DNA of 64,000 bases from the IMG/VR virus record IMGVR_UViG_2706795801_000001, positions 32,001-96,000 of that record. The stretch is one strand, 5' to 3'. Each line of letters opens with the position of its first letter. Positions within the stretch are counted from its first letter, which is position 1. The DNA comes from a virus (Duplodnaviria > Caudoviricetes). Under the pieces are notes generated by a model, which made no database searches, was not told the origin of the DNA, and was given only the letters and a program-made list of their open reading frames with translations. Both the position numbers and the translations under genes were made by a program. Shown one piece after another: positions 10,033 to 18,985 of this stretch.

Positions 10033-10048
10033 TAAAAATAATATTTAA

Positions 10049-10124
10049 GCGTAATTAGCTCAGATGGTAGAGCGCTATCCTTCCAAGTTAGTGGTCATCG
10101 GTTCGAATCCGATATTACGCTCCA
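10049..10124 (+). tRNA. tRNA-Gly(UCC)
   Basis: Cloverleaf GCGTAAT/ATTACGC, anticodon loop CTTCCAA, TTCGAAT T-loop, encoded CCA. Confidence 0.95.
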
Positions 10125-10191
10125 AATGTCCAGTTGCAGGATTCTGGCACACGGTAATAACAACCGTATAATCAACACCTGCTTTAATTAA

Positions 10192-10268
10192 ATCTCGTTA
10201 GCTCAGTTGGATAGAGCAACAGCCTTCTAAGCTGTGGGTCGAAAGTTCGAATCTTTCACGGGATACCA
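10192..10268 (+). tRNA. tRNA-Arg(UCU)
   Basis: Cloverleaf ATCTCGT/ACGGGAT, ACAGC-CTTCTAA-GCTGT, encoded CCA. Confidence 0.95.
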
Positions 10269-10269
10269 A

Positions 10270-11960
10270 CTACTACACGTTAGTACTAGACAACACCATT
10301 GAGATATAGTATAGTTTGTGAGAAGGTTGTTTTGTCTTAGGGACCTATGATTGTAAGACCCAAGTGATACCTGCGTACAGGATGACAATCCGAATGACTG
10401 ACGTAAACAGTCTATATTTTAAAGTGTTTGGTAAGTTGATAGTGCGGCTCAATTTTAAATGGTATGAGGTGGCAGCATATCAGTCAAACACTTTAAAATG
10501 TAATTACATTGAAGTTATTATCATAGCTTCAATCAATTGTTACATTAAAAGGAGGATAAGCCACCTCCTTTCTGAGATACCATAAGAAATTGCGACTATG
10601 GTTAGAAGTTTAAATGGCAAACAATGTTGGTTGGCGCAGATTACGTCAGTTGCGGCAAAAGGCTTCGTTTACTGGAGTCGTTTAAAAGGTGGGCGAATAC
10701 AACACCTAACCAACAACACTTCTGATGTGTCTAAACTCAAGACGTATAGTAAATAAAAAGCTCTGCAAACCAGTAACGGAACTGGGAGAAGAAAGAAACA
10801 AAACGGTACGGAGTTATGTGGTTCTCCAGCAATACTATACACACTCCTCTGAAGAGTTTAATCTCAAGACAATACTCCTGCCCCGTCCTCGTAAGAGTTG
10901 GAGTTCTTTCCTGTAACAAGGTTGTAGCCAGAGTGCACATAAAAGTTATAATTCGGATTTAAGGTTGTTAGTCATCCTTAAGTAAATTATTGTAAAACTA
11001 ACAAATTCTACTGTATACTTGCCAATGGTTTAAGGTAGTCTTATAGCGGAAACGCACTTCATTGGCGCGATAATGTTTGTTAGTATTTATATACATCCCT
11101 CATTAACATGAGTTCTAGTTGTAATTACACAAGGCAGACTGCTAACGTCCCACATACAAAAGAGAGTACCACTCAAGTGTGGGTATTTGGTTGTTAGCCA
11201 GTCCGTGACTGGGTGATAAAACGACCGCTGGTATTGTAATTTAAGTTGTGGGTAACGTGATACCTTATGACCACACCCATGTTACAATGATGGTAATGTC
11301 GTTCATGAAAGTCATATTCCCTACCGAACCCAGATACTGGTTCAACACCTTGCCATTAATATATGGTTTCTGTGCAACGCAGACTAAGTAGGTTAATTTC
11401 GGGTCTGTTGTACAAGGTAACGCATATGCGTTAAATAGAAAGTTCCAATGGTTACGACCTTGGTAACGGCAAAGTCCTTTCCTATGCACCAATCAACGAT
11501 GTCATAGTCAGAGGCAAACACTAGGACATAACCCTGCCTAGTATAAAACGGTTTTGGGTGTAATAATATGTAAGCGACCACATGACTTTATCGTGGGGAC
11601 GGCTGGTATTCTGGTAAGATGATCCAAGACTCCATTATAATGGTAAACTTAAAGAACGCAAATGTGATGCTTTAGGCTAAAGCGTGGTGAGTGGGAGTAA
11701 CATCCAATTTAAGCAATGAGCCTTCAGGTAGCTCCTGAAATGTCCACGGATTCACATATATAGCTTGCACATGACCACTGATTCAAGCCAGTGCATAAGC
11801 AACTCCTGTCATTCGTGGCACTCGGTTGGGAGTATAATCTGGACTGGGAGACTAATAAAACCTTGTATTGTTCAAGGTCAGAAGTAAGACACTGTGAATG
11901 TCTAGGTAGACGTACTGACACATTGAGTCCCACCAAGTATTGGGTATCTACTCATACAGA
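10270..11960 (+). ncRNA. Large ornate non-coding RNA(s), GOLLD/ROOL-like candidate
   Basis: ~1.7 kb without an RBS-led ORF, after tRNAs and before a terminator; many long-range helices, GNRA-capped hairpins and pseudoknots. Confidence 0.6.
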
Positions 11961-11962
11961 TT

Positions 11963-11997
11963 AACACCCTTTCAGAAATGACTGGGTGTTTTCTTTT
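11963..11997 (+). terminator. Intrinsic terminator of the RNA operon
   Basis: AACACCC...GGGTGTT followed by T-tract. Confidence 0.75.
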
Positions 11998-12073
11998 ACC
12001 TGAAATTTGATCAGGGTTATCAGTACATGATAATATGATCTTATGAAACACACTATTAACAAGGAATAACAAA

Positions 12074-12265
12074 TTGCAATGTAGTTGCGGGAATACAATA
12101 CACAGACCGTCCTATACCTCTAAATCTAAATATGATTATATTTGTAATGAATGTAAAGGTTACGAAGTAGAAGACTATGATATACCTCCATCGGGGGAAG
12201 ATTTACTAAATATTAATTTAGAAAACTATAATAGATATGAATTAAGTGGTGATGGAAATGACTAA
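12074..12265 (+). CDS. Small Cys-containing protein
   Basis: CSCG...CNEC, AAGGA RBS, TTG start. Confidence 0.5.
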   Translation: MQCSCGNTIHRPSYTSKSKYDYICNECKGYEVEDYDIPPSGEDLLNINLENYNRYELSGDGND

Positions 12266-12611
12266 TAAGAATAAAGGTGGTAGACCTACATCAAGTCAAG
12301 TAGCTGAAAGAGAATGGGGTGCGCTGATTACAGACATGAAAGCTATGTCCCCTAAACTTATGAAGAAAGCTATGAAGAAGTACTCCGACATACTGGACTC
12401 TGAGAAGGCATCTGAATCTGCAACGCTACGAGCCTGCTCTGGAGCCTTCGATATAGTTAAATATTTGAATGACCTAGAAAAACGTGTGGCTGATATGGAT
12501 GCTGAAGAAGAAGCTACTGCAGAAGGTTTATTAGCTGCAGTGGTTGCTGAAGAAAAGAAGCCTATGATTAGTCTAGTGGCATTCGAACCACCAGAAAAGA
12601 AAGTGATGTAG
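12258..12611 (+). CDS. Possible terminase small subunit
   Basis: N-terminal GGRPTS, helical 117-aa protein upstream of terL; function is inferred. Confidence 0.45.
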   Translation: MTNKNKGGRPTSSQVAEREWGALITDMKAMSPKLMKKAMKKYSDILDSEKASESATLRACSGAFDIVKYLNDLEKRVADMDAEEEATAEGLLAAVVAEEKKPMISLVAFEPPEKKVM

Positions 12612-12658
12612 GTTATATTAAGTTTGACTGTATGTTCATGTTACTGTTATAATTACGT

Positions 12659-12825
12659 ATAGGTTGTGTGGCGGGGTTAAGTTCCTCCTCCTTACTTCAT
12701 CTGGCTACACTTCCTATATCCCTCCTAAAATGAGAGTAGTATATAACAGCTACCAGATATCTACAACCACACTTCCTCCTTCCCCCGCCTCATCAAATAC
12801 GTATGAGTGCGGGGTTTTTCTTTTT
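12659..12825 (+). ncRNA. Candidate sRNA with three anti-Shine-Dalgarno CCUCCU motifs
   Basis: Own promoter TTGACT(12624)/TGnTATAAT(12645-12653), 5' hairpin, terminator CCCCGC/GCGGGG + T-tract (12783-12825). Confidence 0.7.
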
Positions 12826-12844
12826 ATAAAATTTAAAATTAGTG

Positions 12845-12873
12845 TTGACACGATAGGTGTGAGGTAATATAGT
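12845..12873 (+). promoter_or_regulatory. Sigma70 promoter
   Basis: TTGACA-N17-TATAGT. Confidence 0.65.
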
Positions 12874-12907
12874 GAGTGTATTATTAATTGAAGAAGGGAG
12901 GTTTATA

Positions 12908-13270
12908 ATGTTTACTAAATTAAAATTGTGGTGGAGACTTGAGACTGGTAAGGATTTGCTTGAACAATTACAGAAAGGGTATGAGGAGCAGGTTATTATT
13001 ATCAGCGCCCTAGAGGATCAACTGGCCTCTTTAACTAGAACAGTTAAACTGCACACTAGGGTAGATGCAGATGTGAGTAGTACTAAGTATGATAAGTCTG
13101 TTATCATATGTTCTGGTAGATGGAAGAACCATTCGTACTCCGAGGTGTTTGAAGTCGAGGGTGGATTACTAAAAGATACTGTGGATATTCTTCGTGATAA
13201 GGAGAAAACGCACTCACGAGGTTATTACGATCTACCTTATGGTACTAATAGATTCTTTGGAGGTTTATAA
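12908..13270 (+). CDS. Hypothetical protein
   Basis: Track ORF 12872..13270; ATG at 12908 has a GGAGG RBS. Confidence 0.6.
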   Translation: MFTKLKLWWRLETGKDLLEQLQKGYEEQVIIISALEDQLASLTRTVKLHTRVDADVSSTKYDKSVIICSGRWKNHSYSEVFEVEGGLLKDTVDILRDKEKTHSRGYYDLPYGTNRFFGGL

Positions 13271-13272
13271 TT

Positions 13273-13530
13273 ATGGTTATCGCAATAGGTTTTGTATGTT
13301 TAATTGGTTGGGTATTAGGTGCATGGGTTCCTTGGTGGGTCGTAGCGGCTATGTGGTGTGGCTATGGTATCAATTTGTGTCTAGGTAAACAAAGTGGCTT
13401 AGATGGCGTTATAGACTTCCACTGTGGTATTATACTAATCACTGCAACAGTGTCAGGGTTCATCTTAGGTGATGTGACATTTGCAATGATTTGGGACTGG
13501 TTGGTGATGGTATTTACTGGAGGGATGTGA
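13273..13530 (+). CDS. Small membrane protein
   Basis: Hydrophobic 85-aa ORF, GGAGG RBS. Confidence 0.6.
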   Translation: MVIAIGFVCLIGWVLGAWVPWWVVAAMWCGYGINLCLGKQSGLDGVIDFHCGIILITATVSGFILGDVTFAMIWDWLVMVFTGGM

Positions 13531-13698
13531 TAGTGGAAATTAAATTATATGAAGATTTGAAATTCTGTTGGAGAGTTGGTTATAAACTCAACCAGATTAA
13601 AGACTATTGTAATACCCCACTTTCTATAGAAGAACTTCAAGTTGAATTTAAGAAAATGTGGGAGAATGAATTGCAAAATAGATTAACTAGTACTAAAT

Positions 13699-14049
13699 GT
13701 GAGGTGGCACATGATAATTAAGTGCTACTACGATAAAACACTAAAAATGTCAGCAGGTAAACTTGCGGCACAAGTAGGTCATGTAGTTGCCAACATGGTT
13801 ACTAATTTAGCACCATCAAAAATCATAGTACTAGAGGCTAGCCATAATAAATTTATTGGGCTGTGTAAGGATTCCGAGTATGTACAGCATGACGTAGGAT
13901 TAACTGAAGTAGTAGAAGGTACACCCACTGTATGCGGATACACTTACAACAACCTAGGTAATACTATCCATACAGATGGAGGTTTTGGTTGTGTGGAGGA
14001 CTTCCAAAGTGAATACATGAGCGTTTTTAATGTTAAGGAGGACTTATGA
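13699..14049 (+). CDS. Peptidyl-tRNA hydrolase Pth2-like protein
   Basis: LKMSAGKLAAQVGH, KIIVL, DVGLTEVVEGTPTVCG match PTH2 motifs. Confidence 0.85.
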   Translation: MRWHMIIKCYYDKTLKMSAGKLAAQVGHVVANMVTNLAPSKIIVLEASHNKFIGLCKDSEYVQHDVGLTEVVEGTPTVCGYTYNNLGNTIHTDGGFGCVEDFQSEYMSVFNVKEDL

Positions 14050-14537
14050 CAACTAAAATTATATTCTTGGATATAGATGGTGTGTTGAACAATGGTATAG
14101 ATTCTGACACACATTATGATGCTTCTTATGGAGAGTATTTCCTATATAGTCTTAAGTGTGTGGCGAGGCTTAACCGACTAATATCCGCAACAGGTGCCAG
14201 TATTGTAGTCTCAAGTACATGGCGTTTAGGTTTAACATTAAAGGAGATAAGAGTCTTATTGAATAATATGGGTATATTTGCCCCAGTTGTAGGAGTAACT
14301 GATGATCTTAGTAGATACCCATGTTGTAGGGGTAATGAAATATATAAGTGGATAGAAGATAATGAAGAATTATTAAAGTATGATTATTACTATAATTATA
14401 AATCCTACATTATCCTTGACGATGATACTGACATGCTACTATGGCAGAAAAATAACTTTGTCAATACCGATGGTCAAGTAGGACTTACTGCCGAAGATGT
14501 AAAGAAGGCTATTGAAATACTAAATAAGGAGAAATAA
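14046..14537 (+). CDS. HAD-superfamily phosphatase (Swiss-Army-knife RNA repair type)
   Basis: FLDIDGVLN, VVSSTWR, RGNEI, YIILDD. Confidence 0.85.
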   Translation: MTTKIIFLDIDGVLNNGIDSDTHYDASYGEYFLYSLKCVARLNRLISATGASIVVSSTWRLGLTLKEIRVLLNNMGIFAPVVGVTDDLSRYPCCRGNEIYKWIEDNEELLKYDYYYNYKSYIILDDDTDMLLWQKNNFVNTDGQVGLTAEDVKKAIEILNKEK

Positions 14538-14894
14538 ATGAATAATAATTTTACAAATGGTTGTGTAGAACAAGCCACAATGGATTGCTATGCAAAATTA
14601 CATGGTGTCAATCTAATACATTCTTATTCAATGCATATTGATGAACACACAGAAGAAGAATGTGTAATGTTCGGGTTCAACTTACATGGTGATGAATACC
14701 ATGCGATTGTAGACCCTCAGACGATGCTGACGACACTTTATATTGAATTTGATATGAAGGTTGGGGATGGAAAGGTTGAATCAACCACAGACTTCTACGG
14801 ACACGCAGAGTTGGATGATTTGCTGGTAATGTTAAAGAAAGTACCAACCGTGATGGATGTGTTGGTGGATTATGGTGATGGGAGGTTACATTAG
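14538..14894 (+). CDS. Hypothetical protein
   Basis: 118-aa ORF with AAGGAG RBS. Confidence 0.6.
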   Translation: MNNNFTNGCVEQATMDCYAKLHGVNLIHSYSMHIDEHTEEECVMFGFNLHGDEYHAIVDPQTMLTTLYIEFDMKVGDGKVESTTDFYGHAELDDLLVMLKKVPTVMDVLVDYGDGRLH

Positions 14895-14951
14895 AGTGAG
14901 AAGTATGAATAAGAAACAAGCTAGGTATTTAGAGAAGATGGAGTTGTTTGT

Positions 14952-17541
14952 ATGAGTGAAAAAACTTTATTTTCTCCAGCATCCCCTAAACAGGCGTTGA
15001 TGTTAAAGAGGGCAAGTGATACACAGATAGTTGTGATCGGTGGCGCTGCAGGTTCTGGAAAGTCCCATATTCTTAACCACTTACCCCTTCTTGTAGTTGA
15101 CGACCCTAGGACAAACTGTATTATGTACCGTAGGACTAACCCTCAACTAGAAGGTGGTTTGTGGCCTAACGGACGTAAGATTTGGGCAGAAATGCCAGAT
15201 TGGGTACCAAAAGAATATAAACCCAAGAATATCAGGGAGAAGGTTAAAGAAGTTATCCTTTATAACGGAGCTAAGATTAAATACAATCAGGCAGAAAATA
15301 CCTCTAGAGCTAAGGATGACGCCCAAGGACAGGAATTTACCTTAGTTTGTATTGACGAAGCAACACAACATGACTGGGAATTTATAGAATACTTAATGTC
15401 TCGTTTACGGTCGCCATCTAAGCATTTCTCAAGAATGGTGATGAGTTGTAACCCCGACCCAGATCATAAACTAAGGCAAATTATTGACTGGTACTTGGAT
15501 GAAGAAGGATACCCCGATCCAGATAAGGATGGAGTACAGAGGTATTTTATTACCCTTGATGGGGAGTTCCAATGGGGGAATACCAAAGCTGAATTAGGGG
15601 AGAGGTTCGATATACCCGAAAAAGACTGGGAAAGTAAAATATTATCCTTCGCGTTTGTCAGCGGGACTATTTACGATAACCCCCCCATGATGGTTTTGAA
15701 TCCACAGTACCTAGCTTTTCTTGAAGGCTTAAATGATATTGATAAAGCTCAACTGTTACACGGTTATCTAGTAGCCGCTTCATTCGTAATGGAATGTCGA
15801 TAATTTTGTTAATTGCTGGGAAATCTTTACACCTATTAGTTGCTATAGAATAAAGTATATAATTTGGCTATAGGTTTAGATAATCAGCACCTAAGGTATT
15901 ACCACCCAGAATAAAGTAAGGAAAATTATGAAAAATCTTAAAAGTTTAAATGCATCAAATTACTGTTTAACCCCTTGTGGTAAACTCTATTCCTTAAGAG
16001 TCAATAGTTTCATGGATGGTTGGGTAGTTGGTGGTTACCTGAAATACTCAATAACCTTCGATGATAGTTCTCATAAAGAAATGTTTGCTCACAGACTTGT
16101 GGCAATTGCTTATCTGGGAGGAGAAGATTCAAATAGGATTTTTGTGAACCATATAGACGGTAACACACTAAATAACCATAAAGATAATCTAGAGTGGGTA
16201 ACTCCGTCTGAGAACAACTTTCACGCTTATGAGACAAACCTTTCTGTTGGAAAAAAACATCACGTAGAAGGTCTAGAGTATCTTAAAGGTATATACAATG
16301 AAAGTTGTGATTATAAGAACCTCACAGAAGAGGATGTGCATCAAATATGTAAGCTCCTTGTTGCAGGCTATAGGGACGTGGATATAAGTCGTATGACTAA
16401 CTTACCCAGAAGGACAATAAACCACATACGTCATAAGGATCTTACCTTGTTTCCAAAGATTGTAGAACAATACTCGTTCTCTTTCACAAAAGAAGATCGG
16501 ATGTCACCAGAACAGGTAGTTCAAATATGTGAGATGTTACAGTGTGGGTGGAAAGTTATGGAATTATCTAGACATTTAGGGTTAAACAGGAAAAAAGTAG
16601 GTAATATTAAGAGTAGGAAGACCTTCCTTGATATATCTAAAGCATATAATTGGTAATACAAAGATCAACGACTAACCCTGACGGGTGTACGCTGTAAGCT
16701 TAAAGCAGTGGAAATACAAAACACCTAAGTAAATTTATATTTAGGTGAAGATATAGTCTAGACTGTATGGTGACATATAGAAGTTCATAAGAGAACTGAG
16801 TGTGATTTGCGAACTCACTTGAATAATACGAACTGGAATGCACGTGCTAAGGGGGCCAACTATCTACTTTCTGGATGGTTTCAAGAGGTTGATAGGATAC
16901 CTTCTGGTGGTGTAATGGCAAGAGGTTATGATTTAGCTGCCACTGAAAGGAGTCAAGTCAATAAACACCCTGATGCCACTACATCATGTAAAATGTTGAA
17001 ACATGAGGGGTATTACTACATTATTGGTAATTATCACGAAAGTTTTTATGATGATGTTGAAGATGTCTACGGGAGGGTATGTAAAAGGGTTGGTGATAGA
17101 GATAATGTAATGTTGTCTCAGGCGAAACTAGATGGAGATGAATGTACCATTGTTCTTCCCGTAGATCCAGCTTCTGCTGGTAAACAGGTGTATTTAGAGA
17201 TGTCTAAGTTTTTTACTGGTAATGGGTTTAGAGTTAAGAAAGACCCAGTAGCTGGTAATAAATCAAAACTTACTAGGTTCTTACCTTTTGCCACTGCAGC
17301 AGAGAATGGTTTAGTTAAGATAGTAAGGAACACTTTTGACGACAAAACTTATTTATGGATAATGAAAGAATTGGAAGCCTTTAACGGGGAAAGGTCAACT
17401 TCTACAAAAAAAGATGATTTTCCAGACTGTATTTCTACAGTTTTCAACTACTTATGTACCGCAAGGTCTAACAAAGCCTTCACCTTACCTACAATTGATT
17501 CTCCTTCTCTCCTATCTCACCATAAGTCGAGAATTAAATAA
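14952..17541 (+). CDS. terL: Terminase large subunit, spliced (exons 14952-15764 and 16831-17541; ~507 aa)
   Basis: GGAAGSGKS, IDEATQ, SCNPD in exon 1; splice restores LLHG|NWNAR; GYDLAAT and KKDDFPD nuclease motifs in exon 2. Confidence 0.93.
15765..16830 (+). mobile_element. Group I intron (IA-type) in terL with HNH ORF in P6
   Basis: P1 CGGT/GCCG with U-G pair; AATTGCTGGGAA, AATCAGCA, CAACGACTA, AAGATATAGTC core; omega-G 16830; in-frame ligation. Confidence 0.92.
15928..16656 (+). CDS. Intron-encoded HNH homing endonuclease with C-terminal HTH repeats
   Basis: AHRLVA...VNHIDGNTLNNHKDNLEWVTPSEN. Confidence 0.92.
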   Translation: MKNLKSLNASNYCLTPCGKLYSLRVNSFMDGWVVGGYLKYSITFDDSSHKEMFAHRLVAIAYLGGEDSNRIFVNHIDGNTLNNHKDNLEWVTPSENNFHAYETNLSVGKKHHVEGLEYLKGIYNESCDYKNLTEEDVHQICKLLVAGYRDVDISRMTNLPRRTINHIRHKDLTLFPKIVEQYSFSFTKEDRMSPEQVVQICEMLQCGWKVMELSRHLGLNRKKVGNIKSRKTFLDISKAYNW

Positions 17542-17565
17542 TCCCATGCAATGTGGGTGACATAG

Positions 17566-17597
17566 ACCCTCTACAGTGATGTAGAGGGTTTTTCTTT
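17566..17597 (+). terminator. Intrinsic terminator after terL
   Basis: ACCCTCTACA-GTGA-TGTAGAGGGT + T-tract. Confidence 0.85.
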
Positions 17598-17671
17598 ACC
17601 TGTAATTTAGTTGTTGACGTGACCTGTTTCTTGTGTAATACTCTCTGCACATTAATAAATAAGGAGAGGTA

Positions 17672-18985
17672 ATGATTAAATATTATTTGGTCGGTGGTGC
17701 AGTACGTGATATGTTTATGGGAGTATTATGTAATGACTATGATTTTGTTGTAGTCGGTGCATCACCTACTGATTTTTCTAATTGGAAGTCTGTTGGTAAA
17801 GATTTCCCTGTATTCCTTGAACCTACGCATGGTTGGGAGATCGCCCTCGCCAGAATCGAACGTAAAGTTGGTGTTGGCTACACTGGGTTTGAAACCGATT
17901 GGAATGGAGTTACCCTAGAGCAAGACTTGTCCCGCAGAGACCTCACAATCAACGCTATGGCGATTGAAGTAGATTTTGCTGCAAGTGTGTTAATTGGAGG
18001 GCCAGTCACTGTAGGGGGCGTTATAGACCCATTCAATGGGTTGTCTGATATCAAGGCTAAAGTGTTGAGACATACCAGTTCCGCTTTCATTGAAGATTCT
18101 GTAAGAGTTCTTAGGGTAGCTAGATTTCTGGCTAAGTTTGATAAGTACTGGGTAGATAGTGTTAATCACTGGAAATGCTCCCCAGAATTATATAAACTAC
18201 TTGAGTCTATAGATGTCAATGACCTAACACCAGAACGTGTATGGTTAGAGATGTCTAAAGCATTCTCTGAGGATAACCCTTCAGCCTTTTTTGATAATAT
18301 GTCCGACTGGAATAATCTATTCCCTATGTGGGAAGATATGTGGAAAACCCCACAGAAAGAAGATCATCATCCAGAGGGTTGTGTAGGTATACATACTGGT
18401 ATGGTTATGGATTATGCAGCTAAAACTTGGAGTGATCCTGAGATTGTATTTGCTGGTTTATGTCATGATTTTGGAAAACCTACTTGCTGGGATAAGTACG
18501 GTAATGCACATGGTCATGAAGTGGAAGGACTATCTTACATAAATGACTTCTGTGATAAGTGGAAAGTTCCTAACAGTTATCGTGAGTTGGCCTTGATTAC
18601 CTGTGAATATCATACCAAGGTACATGGTTGTATGTCTCGTGGCACTAATGGTTGGATGAAACCTAAATCCATCATGAAGTTGTTTGAAGCTACAGGTGCA
18701 TTAAAGAAACCTAGTAGGTTTATTAATATGCTGAAATCTTGTGAGGCTGATGCTAAGGGTAGAGGTGCTGGTGCGGAACAACTTGCAGAGTTTGAATCTA
18801 AACCTTACCTACAACGTAGTTACCTTGAAGATTGTTTATCTGAAGTACTTAACTACAACAGTAAACCTTTATCTGAGAAAATGCTTGCAGAAGGTAAAAC
18901 TGGTGTTATAATTGGTCAGACAATTAGACAGGAGAAGATTAAGTTGATCCGTGAAGTCCAGAACCAATGGAAGGAGAAAGTATGA
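17672..18985 (+). CDS. cca: CCA-adding tRNA nucleotidyltransferase with HD domain
   Basis: VGGAVRD, DYDFVV, DLSRRDLTINAMA, EDSVRVLRVARF, HHPE, LCHDFGK. Confidence 0.95.
   Translation: MIKYYLVGGAVRDMFMGVLCNDYDFVVVGASPTDFSNWKSVGKDFPVFLEPTHGWEIALARIERKVGVGYTGFETDWNGVTLEQDLSRRDLTINAMAIEVDFAASVLIGGPVTVGGVIDPFNGLSDIKAKVLRHTSSAFIEDSVRVLRVARFLAKFDKYWVDSVNHWKCSPELYKLLESIDVNDLTPERVWLEMSKAFSEDNPSAFFDNMSDWNNLFPMWEDMWKTPQKEDHHPEGCVGIHTGMVMDYAAKTWSDPEIVFAGLCHDFGKPTCWDKYGNAHGHEVEGLSYINDFCDKWKVPNSYRELALITCEYHTKVHGCMSRGTNGWMKPKSIMKLFEATGALKKPSRFINMLKSCEADAKGRGAGAEQLAEFESKPYLQRSYLEDCLSEVLNYNSKPLSEKMLAEGKTGVIIGQTIRQEKIKLIREVQNQWKEKV

Noticed and set aside
11858-11880. 6S RNA-like ACCTTG...TTCAAGG hairpin
   Set aside because: Only a short local resemblance; the long rod with central bubble is not evident
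11593-11935. Canonical tmRNA (ssrA)
   Set aside because: Size, pseudoknots and ACCA end are suggestive, but there is no TTCRA T-arm, no G3-U70 pair and no convincing tag ORF; kept only as an unexplained domain
10364-11936. Short track ORFs within the RNA operon
   Set aside because: No RBS, mixed strands, atypical composition; better explained by structured RNA
12664-12867. 67-aa ORF
   Set aside because: TTG start without RBS and runs through an intrinsic terminator; the sRNA reading fits better
14952-17541. terL as two genes, an intein or a pseudogene
   Set aside because: A complete group I core and in-frame ligation explain the split
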